In this document: one piece after another, positions 41,344 through 51,752 of the stretch
Position numbering within the stretch: position 1 is the stretch's first letter
Layout: the number at the start of each line of letters is the position of its first letter
NCBI RefSeq assembly: GCF_024700885.2
Contig: NZ_CP117014.1
Direction: 5' to 3' (one strand)
Source of the DNA: Escherichia coli
GTDB taxonomy: Bacteria > Pseudomonadota > Gammaproteobacteria > Enterobacterales > Enterobacteriaceae
DNA: 64,000 nucleotides
Program-made: the position numbers and the translations under genes
The notes under the pieces: generated by a model
What the model was told of the DNA's origin: nothing
Seen by the model: the letters and a program-made list of their open reading frames with translations, nothing else
Databases searched by the model: none

Positions 41344-43026
41344 TTAATTGCTCATCACAAATTTTGCAAAGTTTATTAACTGTTCTGGCGTCCAGTTTTC
41401 CGGATCGTCACCGGACGACAACGGCGCGGATTCGTACATACCATGCTCGTTGTTTTGCTCTGATTCATTCGCCTTAAACTCTTTGATCATGGTGTTGAGA
41501 GTGTCATCGTCGATGTGCAACTGCTCAGTGAACAGATAACGCATAAACGCGTCGCTACCAGCCAGTTTCGGGTTGTTCTGGATCTGGTCCATAATTTGGG
41601 AGATGACAGCAACAAAGTTGGCGCGTGCATCCAGTTCTCGGTTTTCCTCTTCCTGGATAGCTGTGTTCATTGAGTTGAATTGCACGTCATAAGGGCGGTT
41701 TGTTTCGGTGTAAACCTTGCCGTATTTATAAGCGAGGTGAATGTCCAGAAGCCGATAAATAGTTCGCTGGGCGGCCTGTCTGATCCAGTTCGCACGCAAT
41801 GCAGCCTGGATAGCAGTTTGCTGCCAGCCGCCTTCTCCAAGCCCTCCGCTCATCTGATCAGCCCAGCCAAGCATTGTTGCGTCAATGCCGAGGCTTGCAG
41901 CAAGCTGCCGGAGGTGAAACATAACGTCTTCGATACCACTGATATCTGCGGGTATGGATTGCGTATCAATGGTGATGCCGTTCTTCCCGTCTCCCATAAC
42001 AGGTATCAGATGGTTAAGCACAGTCGGAATAGCGTTGGCATTAATCGACCTTTGCGCCACCAGGTCACTATGACGCTTCAATGCCTGGCTGACGCCACGC
42101 GTATAGTTCGCCGCATTAACCGGGTCCAGTGTGTTCGTCGTAAGAGCAATCAGGCGGTCAATTTTGGCTGCATTATTTCGCGTTGATTTCAGCGCGGCGA
42201 GCGAAGCACATAAATTAAGGTAAGGTTCATAGCTGTATTCCAGGAATGAAGTTCCGTAATTCTGCGTCTCCATTAACGGCTTATCAGCCTGATCACTTAA
42301 CAGTGAGTACCCTTTTGTGCCGTAGCTAACCGGAATAACTTTATGCTGTGGCGTCCAATAGGGATTTTTCATGGAAACCAGATTCCACGGTTCGGTTATT
42401 ACTCTGCGCAAACTATGCGTATCCAGAATGTAATCACCACTGAAACCTACCAGCTGGCTACCACGATAAAACTCCTGGACGAAGTGTGGCAGAGTGTAAT
42501 AACTGGACTCAATGCCTGTTATCCCCCTGCCCTGTTCAGCATAAGGTCGGACATAAGACACCCCAAAGATCGCCATAATCATGGCCCATGAAGGAAGTCC
42601 GTCATTAATCACCGTCCCCAAATCAGCGGTTAACTCTTCACATCTACTTACTGCCTCGGCATCGGAACCATCCTTTGGCGAAAGGATGAATGCTTGTCCG
42701 GTTTTTTTTGAAGGCGCAAGCGCATGTGCAATGTGAATATTTAAAGCCGTCGAGATAGTCGGGCTTTTAGCCATCGTTTCCAGGATGTTGTACTTTTGCA
42801 GGCGGTCGCCGGGCAGTTCTGCCGAAATTGATACTGTATCTGCCGCGCTTGTCATGCCATCGCTATTGCCACCCAGTATCCCCGGACGTAAAGCGGACAG
42901 ACCAGAACGCGCAACGACACTATGACCGCTCGTAAAAACGACCGGATCGGCAGGCGTGACATCGCCACTGTTGAAGGCTTTCTTCAATGCCGACAGAAAG
43001 CCTTTGTTTTTGTCTTTCGTTGCCAT
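41344..43026 (-). CDS. prt: portal-position protein
   Basis: 560 aa; size and position upstream of the pro-position gene as in P1; no motif verified. Confidence 0.5.
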   Translation of the reverse strand: MATKDKNKGFLSALKKAFNSGDVTPADPVVFTSGHSVVARSGLSALRPGILGGNSDGMTSAADTVSISAELPGDRLQKYNILETMAKSPTISTALNIHIAHALAPSKKTGQAFILSPKDGSDAEAVSRCEELTADLGTVINDGLPSWAMIMAIFGVSYVRPYAEQGRGITGIESSYYTLPHFVQEFYRGSQLVGFSGDYILDTHSLRRVITEPWNLVSMKNPYWTPQHKVIPVSYGTKGYSLLSDQADKPLMETQNYGTSFLEYSYEPYLNLCASLAALKSTRNNAAKIDRLIALTTNTLDPVNAANYTRGVSQALKRHSDLVAQRSINANAIPTVLNHLIPVMGDGKNGITIDTQSIPADISGIEDVMFHLRQLAASLGIDATMLGWADQMSGGLGEGGWQQTAIQAALRANWIRQAAQRTIYRLLDIHLAYKYGKVYTETNRPYDVQFNSMNTAIQEEENRELDARANFVAVISQIMDQIQNNPKLAGSDAFMRYLFTEQLHIDDDTLNTMIKEFKANESEQNNEHGMYESAPLSSGDDPENWTPEQLINFAKFVMSN

Positions 43027-43209
43027 GAGTCACCGCGAAATGTTTTCAGTTTGCGGCAGCATAATCAGTATGTGATTTTTGATGATGGATCTTTTCAACT
43101 AGAAATATTGGCTGGCCCCTCTCGTAACAAAGTGAAGAATAAAACTTGAATATGCACATTGTGCGCATTAAGATTGAAAAAGTTGACCACTTTGCTGCGG
43201 AGAAATCCC

Positions 43210-43512
43210 ATGAAAAGCTCTTTAATTAATTCCAAATTACACCAACTTGCTATCAAAAATCGAGTTCCTGCATGGTCGGTTTACATGCATATCAGCCGCG
43301 CATGTCTGAGCAATGAAAACATTTACAATCTGCAAATTCTAAGCCGGGAAGGCAGGACTTTGTTTAGCGTTGCAGAGGATTCCTATAAGGCCTGGGATAT
43401 GCTGGATGACGCGTTAAGCCAATACGCGCAAACAGAAGAATGCCAAAAAGAATGGGCCAGGTACTGTGATGAAGGGATGCCATGCTGCGGTCTATTCGGC
43501 GCAGCTCTGTGA
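43210..43512 (+). CDS. hypothetical protein
   Basis: 100 aa from the first ATG (the ORF-track start at 43159 is TTG). Confidence 0.3.
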   Translation: MKSSLINSKLHQLAIKNRVPAWSVYMHISRACLSNENIYNLQILSREGRTLFSVAEDSYKAWDMLDDALSQYAQTEECQKEWARYCDEGMPCCGLFGAAL

Positions 43513-43524
43513 ATCGATTCAACG

Positions 43525-43788
43525 ATGATATACTTCGTTGCGAATCACAGCATTGGCAAAGGGCATATTGTGAAACAACTCCCACCAAACACCCCGGAAA
43601 CTATAATTGAAATCCGCCAGCGAATGGGGCTAACGCAAACGGAGTTAGCCCACAAAATGGGGTATCAACTCCGGGCTTGGCAATTCAAAGAAGATAGAAA
43701 TAAACCGAGACGCCTTATGGCTGGTGAATTTGAGTACCTGTTATTGCTTGCTGGAGAGCATCCTGAATTTATTCTTACACCACGCTAA
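43525..43788 (+). CDS. hxr: XRE-family HTH protein
   Basis: IIEIRQRMGLTQTELAHKMGY is a classic Xre HTH; P1 has hxr next to the dar operon; start uncertain. Confidence 0.5.
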   Translation: MIYFVANHSIGKGHIVKQLPPNTPETIIEIRQRMGLTQTELAHKMGYQLRAWQFKEDRNKPRRLMAGEFEYLLLLAGEHPEFILTPR

Positions 43789-43793
43789 AAAAA

Positions 43794-43809
43794 CCCGCCT
43801 GACGGCGGG
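43794..43809. terminator. bidirectional stem-loop
   Basis: CCCGCC-tgac-GGCGGG with A-run before and a T-run on the minus strand. Confidence 0.5.
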
Positions 43810-43822
43810 ATTATCAATCATA

Positions 43823-44116
43823 TCAATTCACATCAATGTCTTGATATGATTCGCCAGTATCGTCTTCGTCGTCAGGATCTCCTTCCACCTCTGGCCACTC
43901 AACCTCCCAGCCAACAGTTTCCAGGCTCCGCAGAACAAACACCCCATCGGCATGAATGGTATTCACGATCCCCATTGCGGAATTTGAGTTGATAAAGCGT
44001 AAATCTTGCGCAATATTTTCTTCCGAAATATCGCCTTCAAATATACGCAATGTGCCGTCATCAGAGCATTCAACAATCCCTCTAATCCCAGCGGGACTCA
44101 CAATGCTATACTTCAT
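43823..44116 (-). CDS. hypothetical protein with acidic tail
   Basis: 97 aa; overlaps the end of the ddrB-position gene by 11 nt; C-terminus EGDPDDEDDTGESYQDIDVN. Confidence 0.4.
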   Translation of the reverse strand: MKYSIVSPAGIRGIVECSDDGTLRIFEGDISEENIAQDLRFINSNSAMGIVNTIHADGVFVLRSLETVGWEVEWPEVEGDPDDEDDTGESYQDIDVN

Positions 44117-47100
44117 TTTGCAACTCCTTCATACATCCCAAGAAAAATTCCAGCACGCCGTCATTGTTTAATACAGAGTTAGTCGCCTGCTCCGGATCGG
44201 CATACATCTGCAAGGCCATAGAAAAAATCTCAGTCGCCCTGCAATTGCTTAATGCAGGTGGCTTTGATATAAATCTGCCGCTGACAGAACTTACCGTATT
44301 TTCCATATAAATTTTAGACATATATCCATGACTTAGGTCGGTTCGCACCAAATACTCAGCACTGCCACGGCTACCAATATTATGATAAGAAACTTTACCG
44401 TTAGTTTTTGATTTAATGAAGGCTTTGGCCCTCTCCAATAGATGGGGATTTGAATGTTCTATATGGTGACCTATTTCATGCCATAATACACGCTCGTGAT
44501 CACTATTAGCATCAATTGTTATATTCCCATTTCGACTTGCAAAAGCACGAACATTGTTCTTGTGGTTAATATTTTTTAATGTAGATAAAGTCCCTCCTGA
44601 AATAATATAGGCTTTTTCAATCGTCTCGCGAATACTGTATGCTTTACGGGAGAAAGTTTCATTATCGTGACCACTTAACTGCTCTGCTTCATCAGAAATA
44701 GCAATCCCACGACTCCATTCCTTAGACTGGTCATGTGACACATTTGACGATTCAAGAATCATGTCAAATGCGGCTCTGACTTTTTTATGTACTACATTTT
44801 CAAGCGCATTAGGATAGGCTTTTTGTCCACGTGTTAATGAAGCTATTTCATATAGTTCTGCTTGCAAGTCTTCCGGTATGTCCAGATTAAAAACAAGCAT
44901 TTTTTTCAGATCATATCCAATCCCATGATCATTCTGGTGCAAAACCTCAGCAAGGTAGTCAGTGAGTTTTTCCTTATTTGACCTAACTTTATTGATTTGT
45001 TCTATAGTAAAGTCAACACGCTCCTTGATTCCGTAATATGAGGAATGCTCTGCTAATTCCACTATCTCCTTAAGCCTGACAAGTGTCTCAATATACGCAT
45101 CAGCGATCTCCTCTGCCGTTAGTTCAGAGCTAACTCCGACACTGGCTGTTATTTTCCTACCAGCCGCCATAATATCGTCGATATTATGCAAGCTCTTTTT
45201 GAATAACTTCAAAGTATTTTGGATTATGCACACCATCTCTTCTGCGCTTCCAGCTTTATTCATTTCCTTTCTAAATCTTAAAGCTGTTTTCTCTGCAATA
45301 GACGCTGGAGATTTTAAATAGTTACCTAACCAAACAAGACAACCATTGCGCAATTCATCAATACTAAAGTCATCAGGAATATGTTTTGCTGCATTATGTA
45401 AAACACGTATAAATTGTTCAGCGGGCACGCCTTCTTCTGATATGTTGCAAAACGTTTCAATATCACAATCAATATTTCTTTCATCTGCGAGCGAAGGAGC
45501 TTCATCTCCTTTTTCAATCGCGTCACGCAGTGCGTTAGCATAAAAATTGCTGCGTTGATAAGACAATAACATCGTTGTTAACACAGCGTCGCTGTATCCA
45601 TAACGTTTAGCCCACTCCTTAATCTCATTAACGGTGACATTGCGAATATAAAAACCAAGTTCCAAAAATACATTGCGCTTTATTTTTTTTGCGGACTCCT
45701 TAATTTTTTCTGACACCTTCACGATTCGGATCAAGTCCTCCACGCTGGTCGCATCAGCAATTAGCTTTGAAATGTATGGTTCGACATCTCCTGAAACCGA
45801 TTCAAACATGGCGAAATTAAGCCCTTTACCTTCGCCATACTCAGCCTCAATTTCATCAGAAACGGCAGATAAAATGCTACGCAGATCGACATCTCCGCCG
45901 CCGAACATATCGCCTAACGCTTGTTGCTGGTGAATAAGTTCATCGTTAATTTTTTGCGCCAGTTTCTTGAAAGCTGCCCCCATTCGCTTAGCGCTTCGGT
46001 TGTTGGCAACAATAAACAGAGCAAGCGCTTCTGCTTCCGGAGTGCTATCTCCAAACAATCCACGCTGTGCGATCACCTCTTCTACTGCCTGACCGTTATC
46101 TTTTGCTTCACGAACAAGGTTAATTGCTTCCTGTAGCGCGGCAATAGCCTGTTTATCCAGACCATTCAATTGCTCTATACCGTCTACCAGTCCGGTTACC
46201 GTGTCATGGTGAACATCACCTGAAAGCGACTGCATTTGCGCAAAATCGCTGGCTGCCGTATTTAATGCGGTAAGAATGTTACGCATTTCCGGATCTGGCT
46301 CTTCCGCCACCAGCCGAACAAGCCTTTCATCCTTGTACGCTTTGGCAAAAATTGCATTCTGGATGCGGTCGATAAGTTGTTTCGTTGGACGCCCATCGGC
46401 AGTAAGCAAACCTGCCGTCGCCGTATCACCTATTTCGCGCAAAAACGCACGAATAAACGCATCATTGGACCGCGCCAGTAGATTTCCATCATCTGAAGGA
46501 TTAAATAGCGCCATGACGCTCTCAGTGAGAAATTGCGCATCCGCATACGCTTTTTCACTTGCAGCCATCTCTTGCAGATCGCTGATGTTTGAATCGCGGG
46601 CAAATTGTGCGCGGTCTACATCTGTGAGTCTTTCTCGCACCAATACGGGCATAGACATTTGTGAAATGTCGTCAGGATTCAGACCAAACTCTTTTGCATG
46701 ATCGATCAGGTACTGGCGATATTCATCCGCCTGCCCTTGCTCATAGGCACGCCAGATACCCATGCTCCTTCCGTTGCCGGATTCAACAACGTTGTCCGGA
46801 CCAACTATCGGCGCTCCGTGGCTGCTCATGCCGGAATCCGTTAATTGTGCCGGGCGTAAATTGGAGGCAATACGGTTAACCTGGAGTTTGCTTGATAGCC
46901 GTGTACGGTCACGTGGCTGGAGTTCTTCCGGGAAGGCCGGATTAATCGTACCGTCAAGGTTGTTCGAAATGATCAGACTGCTGGCATCAACGACCTTAAA
47001 AGCCGTCTTTACCTCTGCCCCTTTACTGGTGACTACGTAACTACTGCGCCCCTGGCGTGTTTCTCGCCTCTCTAATGAAGAAACCAGCGCAATAACACTG

Positions 47101-47147
47101 TTAATGTCTGCTGCTTCGGATAGCGCGGAAGTAACTGACTTGTTCAA
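44106..47147 (-). CDS. ddrB: DdrB-position large protein with C-terminal HEXXH module
   Basis: 1013 aa after the ddrA-position gene (P1 order darA-ddrA-ddrB); WHEIGHHIEH encoded at about 44466-44480; the C-terminal half is visibly AT-richer. Confidence 0.5.
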   Translation of the reverse strand: MNKSVTSALSEAADINSVIALVSSLERRETRQGRSSYVVTSKGAEVKTAFKVVDASSLIISNNLDGTINPAFPEELQPRDRTRLSSKLQVNRIASNLRPAQLTDSGMSSHGAPIVGPDNVVESGNGRSMGIWRAYEQGQADEYRQYLIDHAKEFGLNPDDISQMSMPVLVRERLTDVDRAQFARDSNISDLQEMAASEKAYADAQFLTESVMALFNPSDDGNLLARSNDAFIRAFLREIGDTATAGLLTADGRPTKQLIDRIQNAIFAKAYKDERLVRLVAEEPDPEMRNILTALNTAASDFAQMQSLSGDVHHDTVTGLVDGIEQLNGLDKQAIAALQEAINLVREAKDNGQAVEEVIAQRGLFGDSTPEAEALALFIVANNRSAKRMGAAFKKLAQKINDELIHQQQALGDMFGGGDVDLRSILSAVSDEIEAEYGEGKGLNFAMFESVSGDVEPYISKLIADATSVEDLIRIVKVSEKIKESAKKIKRNVFLELGFYIRNVTVNEIKEWAKRYGYSDAVLTTMLLSYQRSNFYANALRDAIEKGDEAPSLADERNIDCDIETFCNISEEGVPAEQFIRVLHNAAKHIPDDFSIDELRNGCLVWLGNYLKSPASIAEKTALRFRKEMNKAGSAEEMVCIIQNTLKLFKKSLHNIDDIMAAGRKITASVGVSSELTAEEIADAYIETLVRLKEIVELAEHSSYYGIKERVDFTIEQINKVRSNKEKLTDYLAEVLHQNDHGIGYDLKKMLVFNLDIPEDLQAELYEIASLTRGQKAYPNALENVVHKKVRAAFDMILESSNVSHDQSKEWSRGIAISDEAEQLSGHDNETFSRKAYSIRETIEKAYIISGGTLSTLKNINHKNNVRAFASRNGNITIDANSDHERVLWHEIGHHIEHSNPHLLERAKAFIKSKTNGKVSYHNIGSRGSAEYLVRTDLSHGYMSKIYMENTVSSVSGRFISKPPALSNCRATEIFSMALQMYADPEQATNSVLNNDGVLEFFLGCMKELQNEV

Positions 47148-47240
47148 AATACACTCCCCTTACATAGAAAGCAGGAAGTGTAAAAAGTGTGTGATTTATG
47201 GACTTACAGGAAAGTGAAAGGGGCATTTCAGCCCCTTTGA

Positions 47241-47609
47241 TTACCCTGCATAACCGTTGGCTTTCACCCAGCTTATGGTCTGCTCTTTTGCCTGTTCCAA
47301 CGTAAGGAACTCGCCAACATAGTTTGAGATCCCACGCAGCGCATCAATAAATTCCATTTGTGTGGACTTTGTGAACACACCGCCCAGGAAGTCAGTCACT
47401 ATCTTAGGAACTTCATCTACAACAGGATCAGTCTGTTGTTGCGGTTCCGCTGCCGGTTGCGCGGCAGTCCCCAAGCCCAATTTCAGCATCACATCAACAA
47501 TCTGCTTACCAATGGTGACGCGTTGCAATACTGGCGCCGTTTTCTGCGCCTGCATTAGATCTGATAGCTCTTTACCTAATTTCAGGCGGTCTAAAACAGA
47601 GATGGTCAT
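47241..47609 (-). CDS. ddrA: DdrA-position protein
   Basis: 122 aa; ATGA-type overlap with the darA stop; positional. Confidence 0.4.
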   Translation of the reverse strand: MTISVLDRLKLGKELSDLMQAQKTAPVLQRVTIGKQIVDVMLKLGLGTAAQPAAEPQQQTDPVVDEVPKIVTDFLGGVFTKSTQMEFIDALRGISNYVGEFLTLEQAKEQTISWVKANGYAG

Positions 47610-49534
47610 TAAGCACCTCCCTGCTGAATTTCAGCCAGAATGTTGATCAGGTAGTCAACTGCTGCACCAACAGTGGCTTCGTTCTCGTCGTATCGACCTG
47701 CGCTGATTAGAGCGTTTGCTGCTTCCTGCACATGATCAAGTTCAGCACTGATGACCGTCAGATCGCGGGATGTAAACTGCTCCGGCACGGATTTCAGGTA
47801 CTCCAGTGCTTTATCTGCCTCCTGATCAGCTTCACTTGCTGATTCACCAGCTTCTTCTGGCTCCGGCTCCTGTTCTGGTGCTGGTTGTGGTTGTGATTCC
47901 GGCTCAACCACATGCTCTGCTTTTACTTCGCTTGAATGATTTTGAAGGGCGTTATACACGTCCATAATGAAAAGGTTCTCCCCATCACCAAGTGGATACG
48001 CCACGTTTGGAAACGCTTTGCGGAAAAGAATTTTCACTTGCGCCTTGAATGTTTTCAGGTCACTGCCAAACAGGTCTACATAGCCATCAATATGTTTCGA
48101 CATGCTGGACACAACCAATTGGCCTGCAAAATCTTTCAGCTCATCTTCATCAGGAAGATAGAGCAACTCGTACTGGCTGACTTCTTCATCTGTCAGTTTA
48201 CGGTCATACGTAATGATACCGTGACGAGCATATTCGTAATACTGATCAGCCTGGTCAGGACGATCAAGCACGGCTTTATTTCCATCCGGCACAGCACCAA
48301 CACCAGCCGGGCGAGATTGAAGTGCATAGTGGTATTTACCTACATCCTGGCTCTCTGGTTGTGATACTGGGTTCGTCTCGGGGTCTGTCTGTGGTGGTTC
48401 GGGGTCTTCCTGCTGGCCTGGTAACACATCAACTTTATATTTATCTGCGTTATGCTCTCGGTAGGCTTTAAGTAATTTGGTTGCAGCATCTGCCAAACTG
48501 CCTCCTTTGACAGCACTGGCATCAATACTGAATTTACCTTCAGGTGCTACTATCGTAACGAAATTGTCACTGCCGGACGTGATATAATTAACTTCAGCGC
48601 CATTATCCAGCACTGTTTTTCCGTCAATGGCAAGATTATGTTTTACATGTCGCAGCTGGTCACTAAACGCTCGTTCCTTCGTTTTTTCACCTTTAGCAGA
48701 CAACAATTTATCGCGTTTTTCTTGTAATTCCTCGTTGATGGCTTTCTGGGCATCAAGTTTTTTTTGCATCTCCGTAAGAGCAGCACGCTTTTCAGTCAGC
48801 CCACGTTGCGCAACGTCCACCTGATCAATCATTATTGACCGTTCTTCTGCCAGTTTATCTGCTTCATTGAGATAACTCTCAATATCTGCCTTCATTTTGT
48901 CCTGGCGCTCTTTTGCTTTCTTAAATTTTTCGCTGTTACGCTCAATCAAATTAGATAGCGCCTGGCATACCTGGCTTAAAGAAACATCTCTCCCACCAAT
49001 CGGGGCGACAACGTGAGTTACGTTACGCTTATTAAGTAAAAACTGAAATGCAACAAGCTCGTCGTTACTCTTTATTTTTGCCCCGTCAGCTGTTGGAGAG
49101 TGGAAAATTATGCTTGTACTCTGCCCGTCAGTAAGTGGTATCTGCGCGGTCAAAACAGGGATATTAGCTACCCGACGTACACGACCGATAATCGCACCAC
49201 CAATACAATTACGTCCATTTTCATCGGTCCCGGCTTCATCAGTCCCTGCCATAATATTCGTACCATTCAGGCCACGATTCAGCGCACGGACGAAAGCTCG
49301 CATTGTTTGGGCTAACCGAATTCTGGTTGTAGTTATGGACTCAAACATAGCTTCGTCAGACACAACCAGAATTTCATTGCCCATATAGGCAAGCTCAATA
49401 TCTTCTAAGGTCGCCGCCTCAAAAATCAGGTCATCTTCGCTTAATTCTTCTGAAGACCAGCGACTTGGCACATAGCCGGGGATCGTATCAGCAAAAGTAG
49501 ACTGAATATTAATTCGTAAAGGATTGTTAATCAT
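47609..49534 (-). CDS. darA: DarA-like capsid-packaged anti-restriction protein
   Basis: 641 aa from the ATG 6 nt after GGAGG (P1 DarA is about 639 aa); overlaps the hdf-position stop (ATGATTAA); acidic Pro/Glu-rich linker. Confidence 0.55.
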   Translation of the reverse strand: MINNPLRINIQSTFADTIPGYVPSRWSSEELSEDDLIFEAATLEDIELAYMGNEILVVSDEAMFESITTTRIRLAQTMRAFVRALNRGLNGTNIMAGTDEAGTDENGRNCIGGAIIGRVRRVANIPVLTAQIPLTDGQSTSIIFHSPTADGAKIKSNDELVAFQFLLNKRNVTHVVAPIGGRDVSLSQVCQALSNLIERNSEKFKKAKERQDKMKADIESYLNEADKLAEERSIMIDQVDVAQRGLTEKRAALTEMQKKLDAQKAINEELQEKRDKLLSAKGEKTKERAFSDQLRHVKHNLAIDGKTVLDNGAEVNYITSGSDNFVTIVAPEGKFSIDASAVKGGSLADAATKLLKAYREHNADKYKVDVLPGQQEDPEPPQTDPETNPVSQPESQDVGKYHYALQSRPAGVGAVPDGNKAVLDRPDQADQYYEYARHGIITYDRKLTDEEVSQYELLYLPDEDELKDFAGQLVVSSMSKHIDGYVDLFGSDLKTFKAQVKILFRKAFPNVAYPLGDGENLFIMDVYNALQNHSSEVKAEHVVEPESQPQPAPEQEPEPEEAGESASEADQEADKALEYLKSVPEQFTSRDLTVISAELDHVQEAANALISAGRYDENEATVGAAVDYLINILAEIQQGGA

Positions 49535-50147
49535 GCTCATCCTCCAGGCGCGCGATTTCTTCTTTAAGAGCACGTGTCTTAGCTACTTCCTGAGACAAGG
49601 CAGCTTTAACGTTACCCGTATCTTGCATTACTTTGTCTGACTTGCTCTGGAGTTTAGACAGTTTGTCGTTAGCATTAGCGATATCTTCACGGAGTGCATC
49701 ACGTGATTCTTTCGCTTCAGCTAATTTCTGAGCGTTAGATTTAACTCCCTGCCGCTTCTTATTTCCGTCATCAATATTTTTTGCTGCACGAGCAAGTTTT
49801 CGAGCTAATGACTTCTGGAAAGAAGTTGCTCCGCGATTAAATAAAGCCGCAAGAGATTGCCCCAAAGCCGACATTGTTTTTACTGGCTTGAACGGTACTG
49901 TTTTACCATTCAGTTTGATCCCAGATATATCACCGGTATCGTTAACCTGAACTTCCATTGTCTGTTCATCAATACCAATAAGGGTAAATGTGCGCGTCAT
50001 GATCCCATCTTTCTTCCTGCCATTACTTGCAGGGATCACCCTCGCTATCTTGTAACCACCTTTGCTGATTTCTTTGACGAGTTTTGCCAGCCCCTTTTCG
50101 TTTAACTCATCATAATTAAGAAGAACATAATTATTCTTATTTGACAT
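49527..50147 (-). CDS. hdf: Hdf-position protein
   Basis: 206 aa from the ATG after AAGGAG; immediately upstream of darA, as hdf is in P1. Confidence 0.4.
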   Translation of the reverse strand: MSNKNNYVLLNYDELNEKGLAKLVKEISKGGYKIARVIPASNGRKKDGIMTRTFTLIGIDEQTMEVQVNDTGDISGIKLNGKTVPFKPVKTMSALGQSLAALFNRGATSFQKSLARKLARAAKNIDDGNKKRQGVKSNAQKLAEAKESRDALREDIANANDKLSKLQSKSDKVMQDTGNVKAALSQEVAKTRALKEEIARLEDEHD

Positions 50148-50583
50148 CCCAGTCTCCTTCACGCTTTTCGATCGTAAACTGGCGCTCTATGCAGTCATTG
50201 ATAGGGAAAATGCGATAAAGCGGATTCAGTCGGCAGTTACCGTTAGTCAATGTGACTTTCAGATCCCACTTCGTTGGCTCAAGATATTTCGTATCGATGA
50301 GCAAATACTCTTCTCTCTCACCGCGTTTTGAGGCGTCAACTGGTCGCGTTTTCCCTGAAATAACCACAGATGGATTTTTCAGGTCTTGCAACCAATATTC
50401 GATTTGAGCATTGCTGACCCAGCTTCGCTTAACACGTAGCGAAACAGGAAATGCTATAGCGGATTCTTTCACTACAGCGTCACCAATACTCAAAATCTCA
50501 ACACTCTTGCGACGAAAAATGAAACGGTCAATGATGGCAACAAATGCCATGATAAAAATGAAATAATTTCCAAAGTTACCCAT
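50137..50583 (-). CDS. lydB: LydB-like antiholin
   Basis: 148 aa (P1 LydB is 147 aa); N-terminal TM; ATGA overlap with lydA. Confidence 0.5.
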   Translation of the reverse strand: MGNFGNYFIFIMAFVAIIDRFIFRRKSVEILSIGDAVVKESAIAFPVSLRVKRSWVSNAQIEYWLQDLKNPSVVISGKTRPVDASKRGEREEYLLIDTKYLEPTKWDLKVTLTNGNCRLNPLYRIFPINDCIERQFTIEKREGDWDVK

Positions 50584-50909
50584 TATTTCTCTCCACCTTT
50601 TCCCCCATTCGCTATTACGCTTAAGAGATTCAAGACGTAACTAGCTCTGGACTTCAAGCCCTGTAAAATTTCACTACCGTTGTTACTGGCAATCAGAACA
50701 ACGCAGAAAATGATACCTTCAGGCCATTCTTGGCTAACCGCCACCCCATACCCCGCAAGCCCGGCTGTTACCGCAGTAAACAATTCACTCGCAAGATTGA
50801 GCAGGGACGCAGAAATGCGCCCGTCTCTAACTCCGAGAAGGAATACGCCGGTTCCACTTAGTAGGGATGTTATGACTACTACAGCCAGATTTTCATAATC
50901 TGCAAACAT
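50583..50909 (-). CDS. lydA: LydA-like holin
   Basis: 108 aa (P1 LydA is 109 aa); three hydrophobic segments; next to cin as in P1. Confidence 0.55.
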   Translation of the reverse strand: MFADYENLAVVVITSLLSGTGVFLLGVRDGRISASLLNLASELFTAVTAGLAGYGVAVSQEWPEGIIFCVVLIASNNGSEILQGLKSRASYVLNLLSVIANGGKGGEK

Positions 50910-51012
50910 ACCCCTCCAGAAATAACATCTAATGCGCCACTAACTTAGTCAGTTTGTTATTTCCTTACAGGACATCTTCTAGGATCGTATCCTTAGCATA
51001 CAAGGGAGACAT

Positions 51013-51048
51013 ATGCTTATTGGATACATTCGCATATCAACAAATGAT
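51013..51048 (+). pseudogene. orphan N-terminal fragment of a serine recombinase
   Basis: ATG CTT ATT GGA TAC ATT CGC ATA TCA ACA AAT GAT = MLIGYIRISTND, matching the first 12 aa of Cin, then unrelated sequence to a stop after 52 codons; convergent with cin. Confidence 0.5.
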
Positions 51049-51125
51049 GATGCGCCGCGCGATAAATGCACTCTATCTTGTGCGATAAATGGCATCCACG
51101 CGGCGTTTCATTATTTGAAAAAGAA

Positions 51126-51698
51126 TTACATTTCAGGTTGCGTTATGACAGTCCCAACAGGGTGATAGCGGTAGATCGTTGACAGTCCAATATCATAGAT
51201 AATTGCCAGCCGCTTTCTGTCATACCCTTTCTGGAGCAATCTTGCGATCTGCTCATGCTGCTCCTTCGTCAGTTTCGGGCGACGTCCTCCAACTCTTCCT
51301 TGTGCTCGCGCAGCAGCCAGTCCTGCCAGCGTGCGCTCAACTATCAGTTCACGCTCCATTTCTGCCAGTGCACCCATCATATGAAAAAAGAACCTTCCCA
51401 TCGGAGTGCTGGTATCGATTGAATCCGTCAGACTGCGAAAATTGACACCTTTTGCGCGTAACTCTTCTGTGAGAGCAATGAGGTGTTTCATTCTTCTACC
51501 CAACCGATCCAGCTTCCAGACCACCAATGTATCCCCTCTTTTAAGGCACTTTAAAGCGCGTTTCAGGCCTGGTCGTTCCGACTTGGTTCCGCTCATTTTG
51601 TCCTCAAAAATCTGTTCACATCCTGCGCACATTAATGCATTGCGTTGCAAATCTGTGTTTTGGTCATTTGTTGACACACGTATGTAGCCAATCAGCAT
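51126..51698 (-). CDS. cin: Cin-type serine DNA invertase
   Basis: 190 aa from MLIGYIRVSTNDQNTDLQ (catalytic Ser); C-terminal HTH GLSTIYRY; the 45-codon N-terminal extension in the ORF track runs into cixL and is rejected. Confidence 0.9.
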   Translation of the reverse strand: MLIGYIRVSTNDQNTDLQRNALMCAGCEQIFEDKMSGTKSERPGLKRALKCLKRGDTLVVWKLDRLGRRMKHLIALTEELRAKGVNFRSLTDSIDTSTPMGRFFFHMMGALAEMERELIVERTLAGLAAARAQGRVGGRRPKLTKEQHEQIARLLQKGYDRKRLAIIYDIGLSTIYRYHPVGTVITQPEM

Positions 51699-51752
51699 TA
51701 AAAATACTCCCTTTTGAGTGGTTAAAGTACTGAGATAATGTGGGGAGGATTT

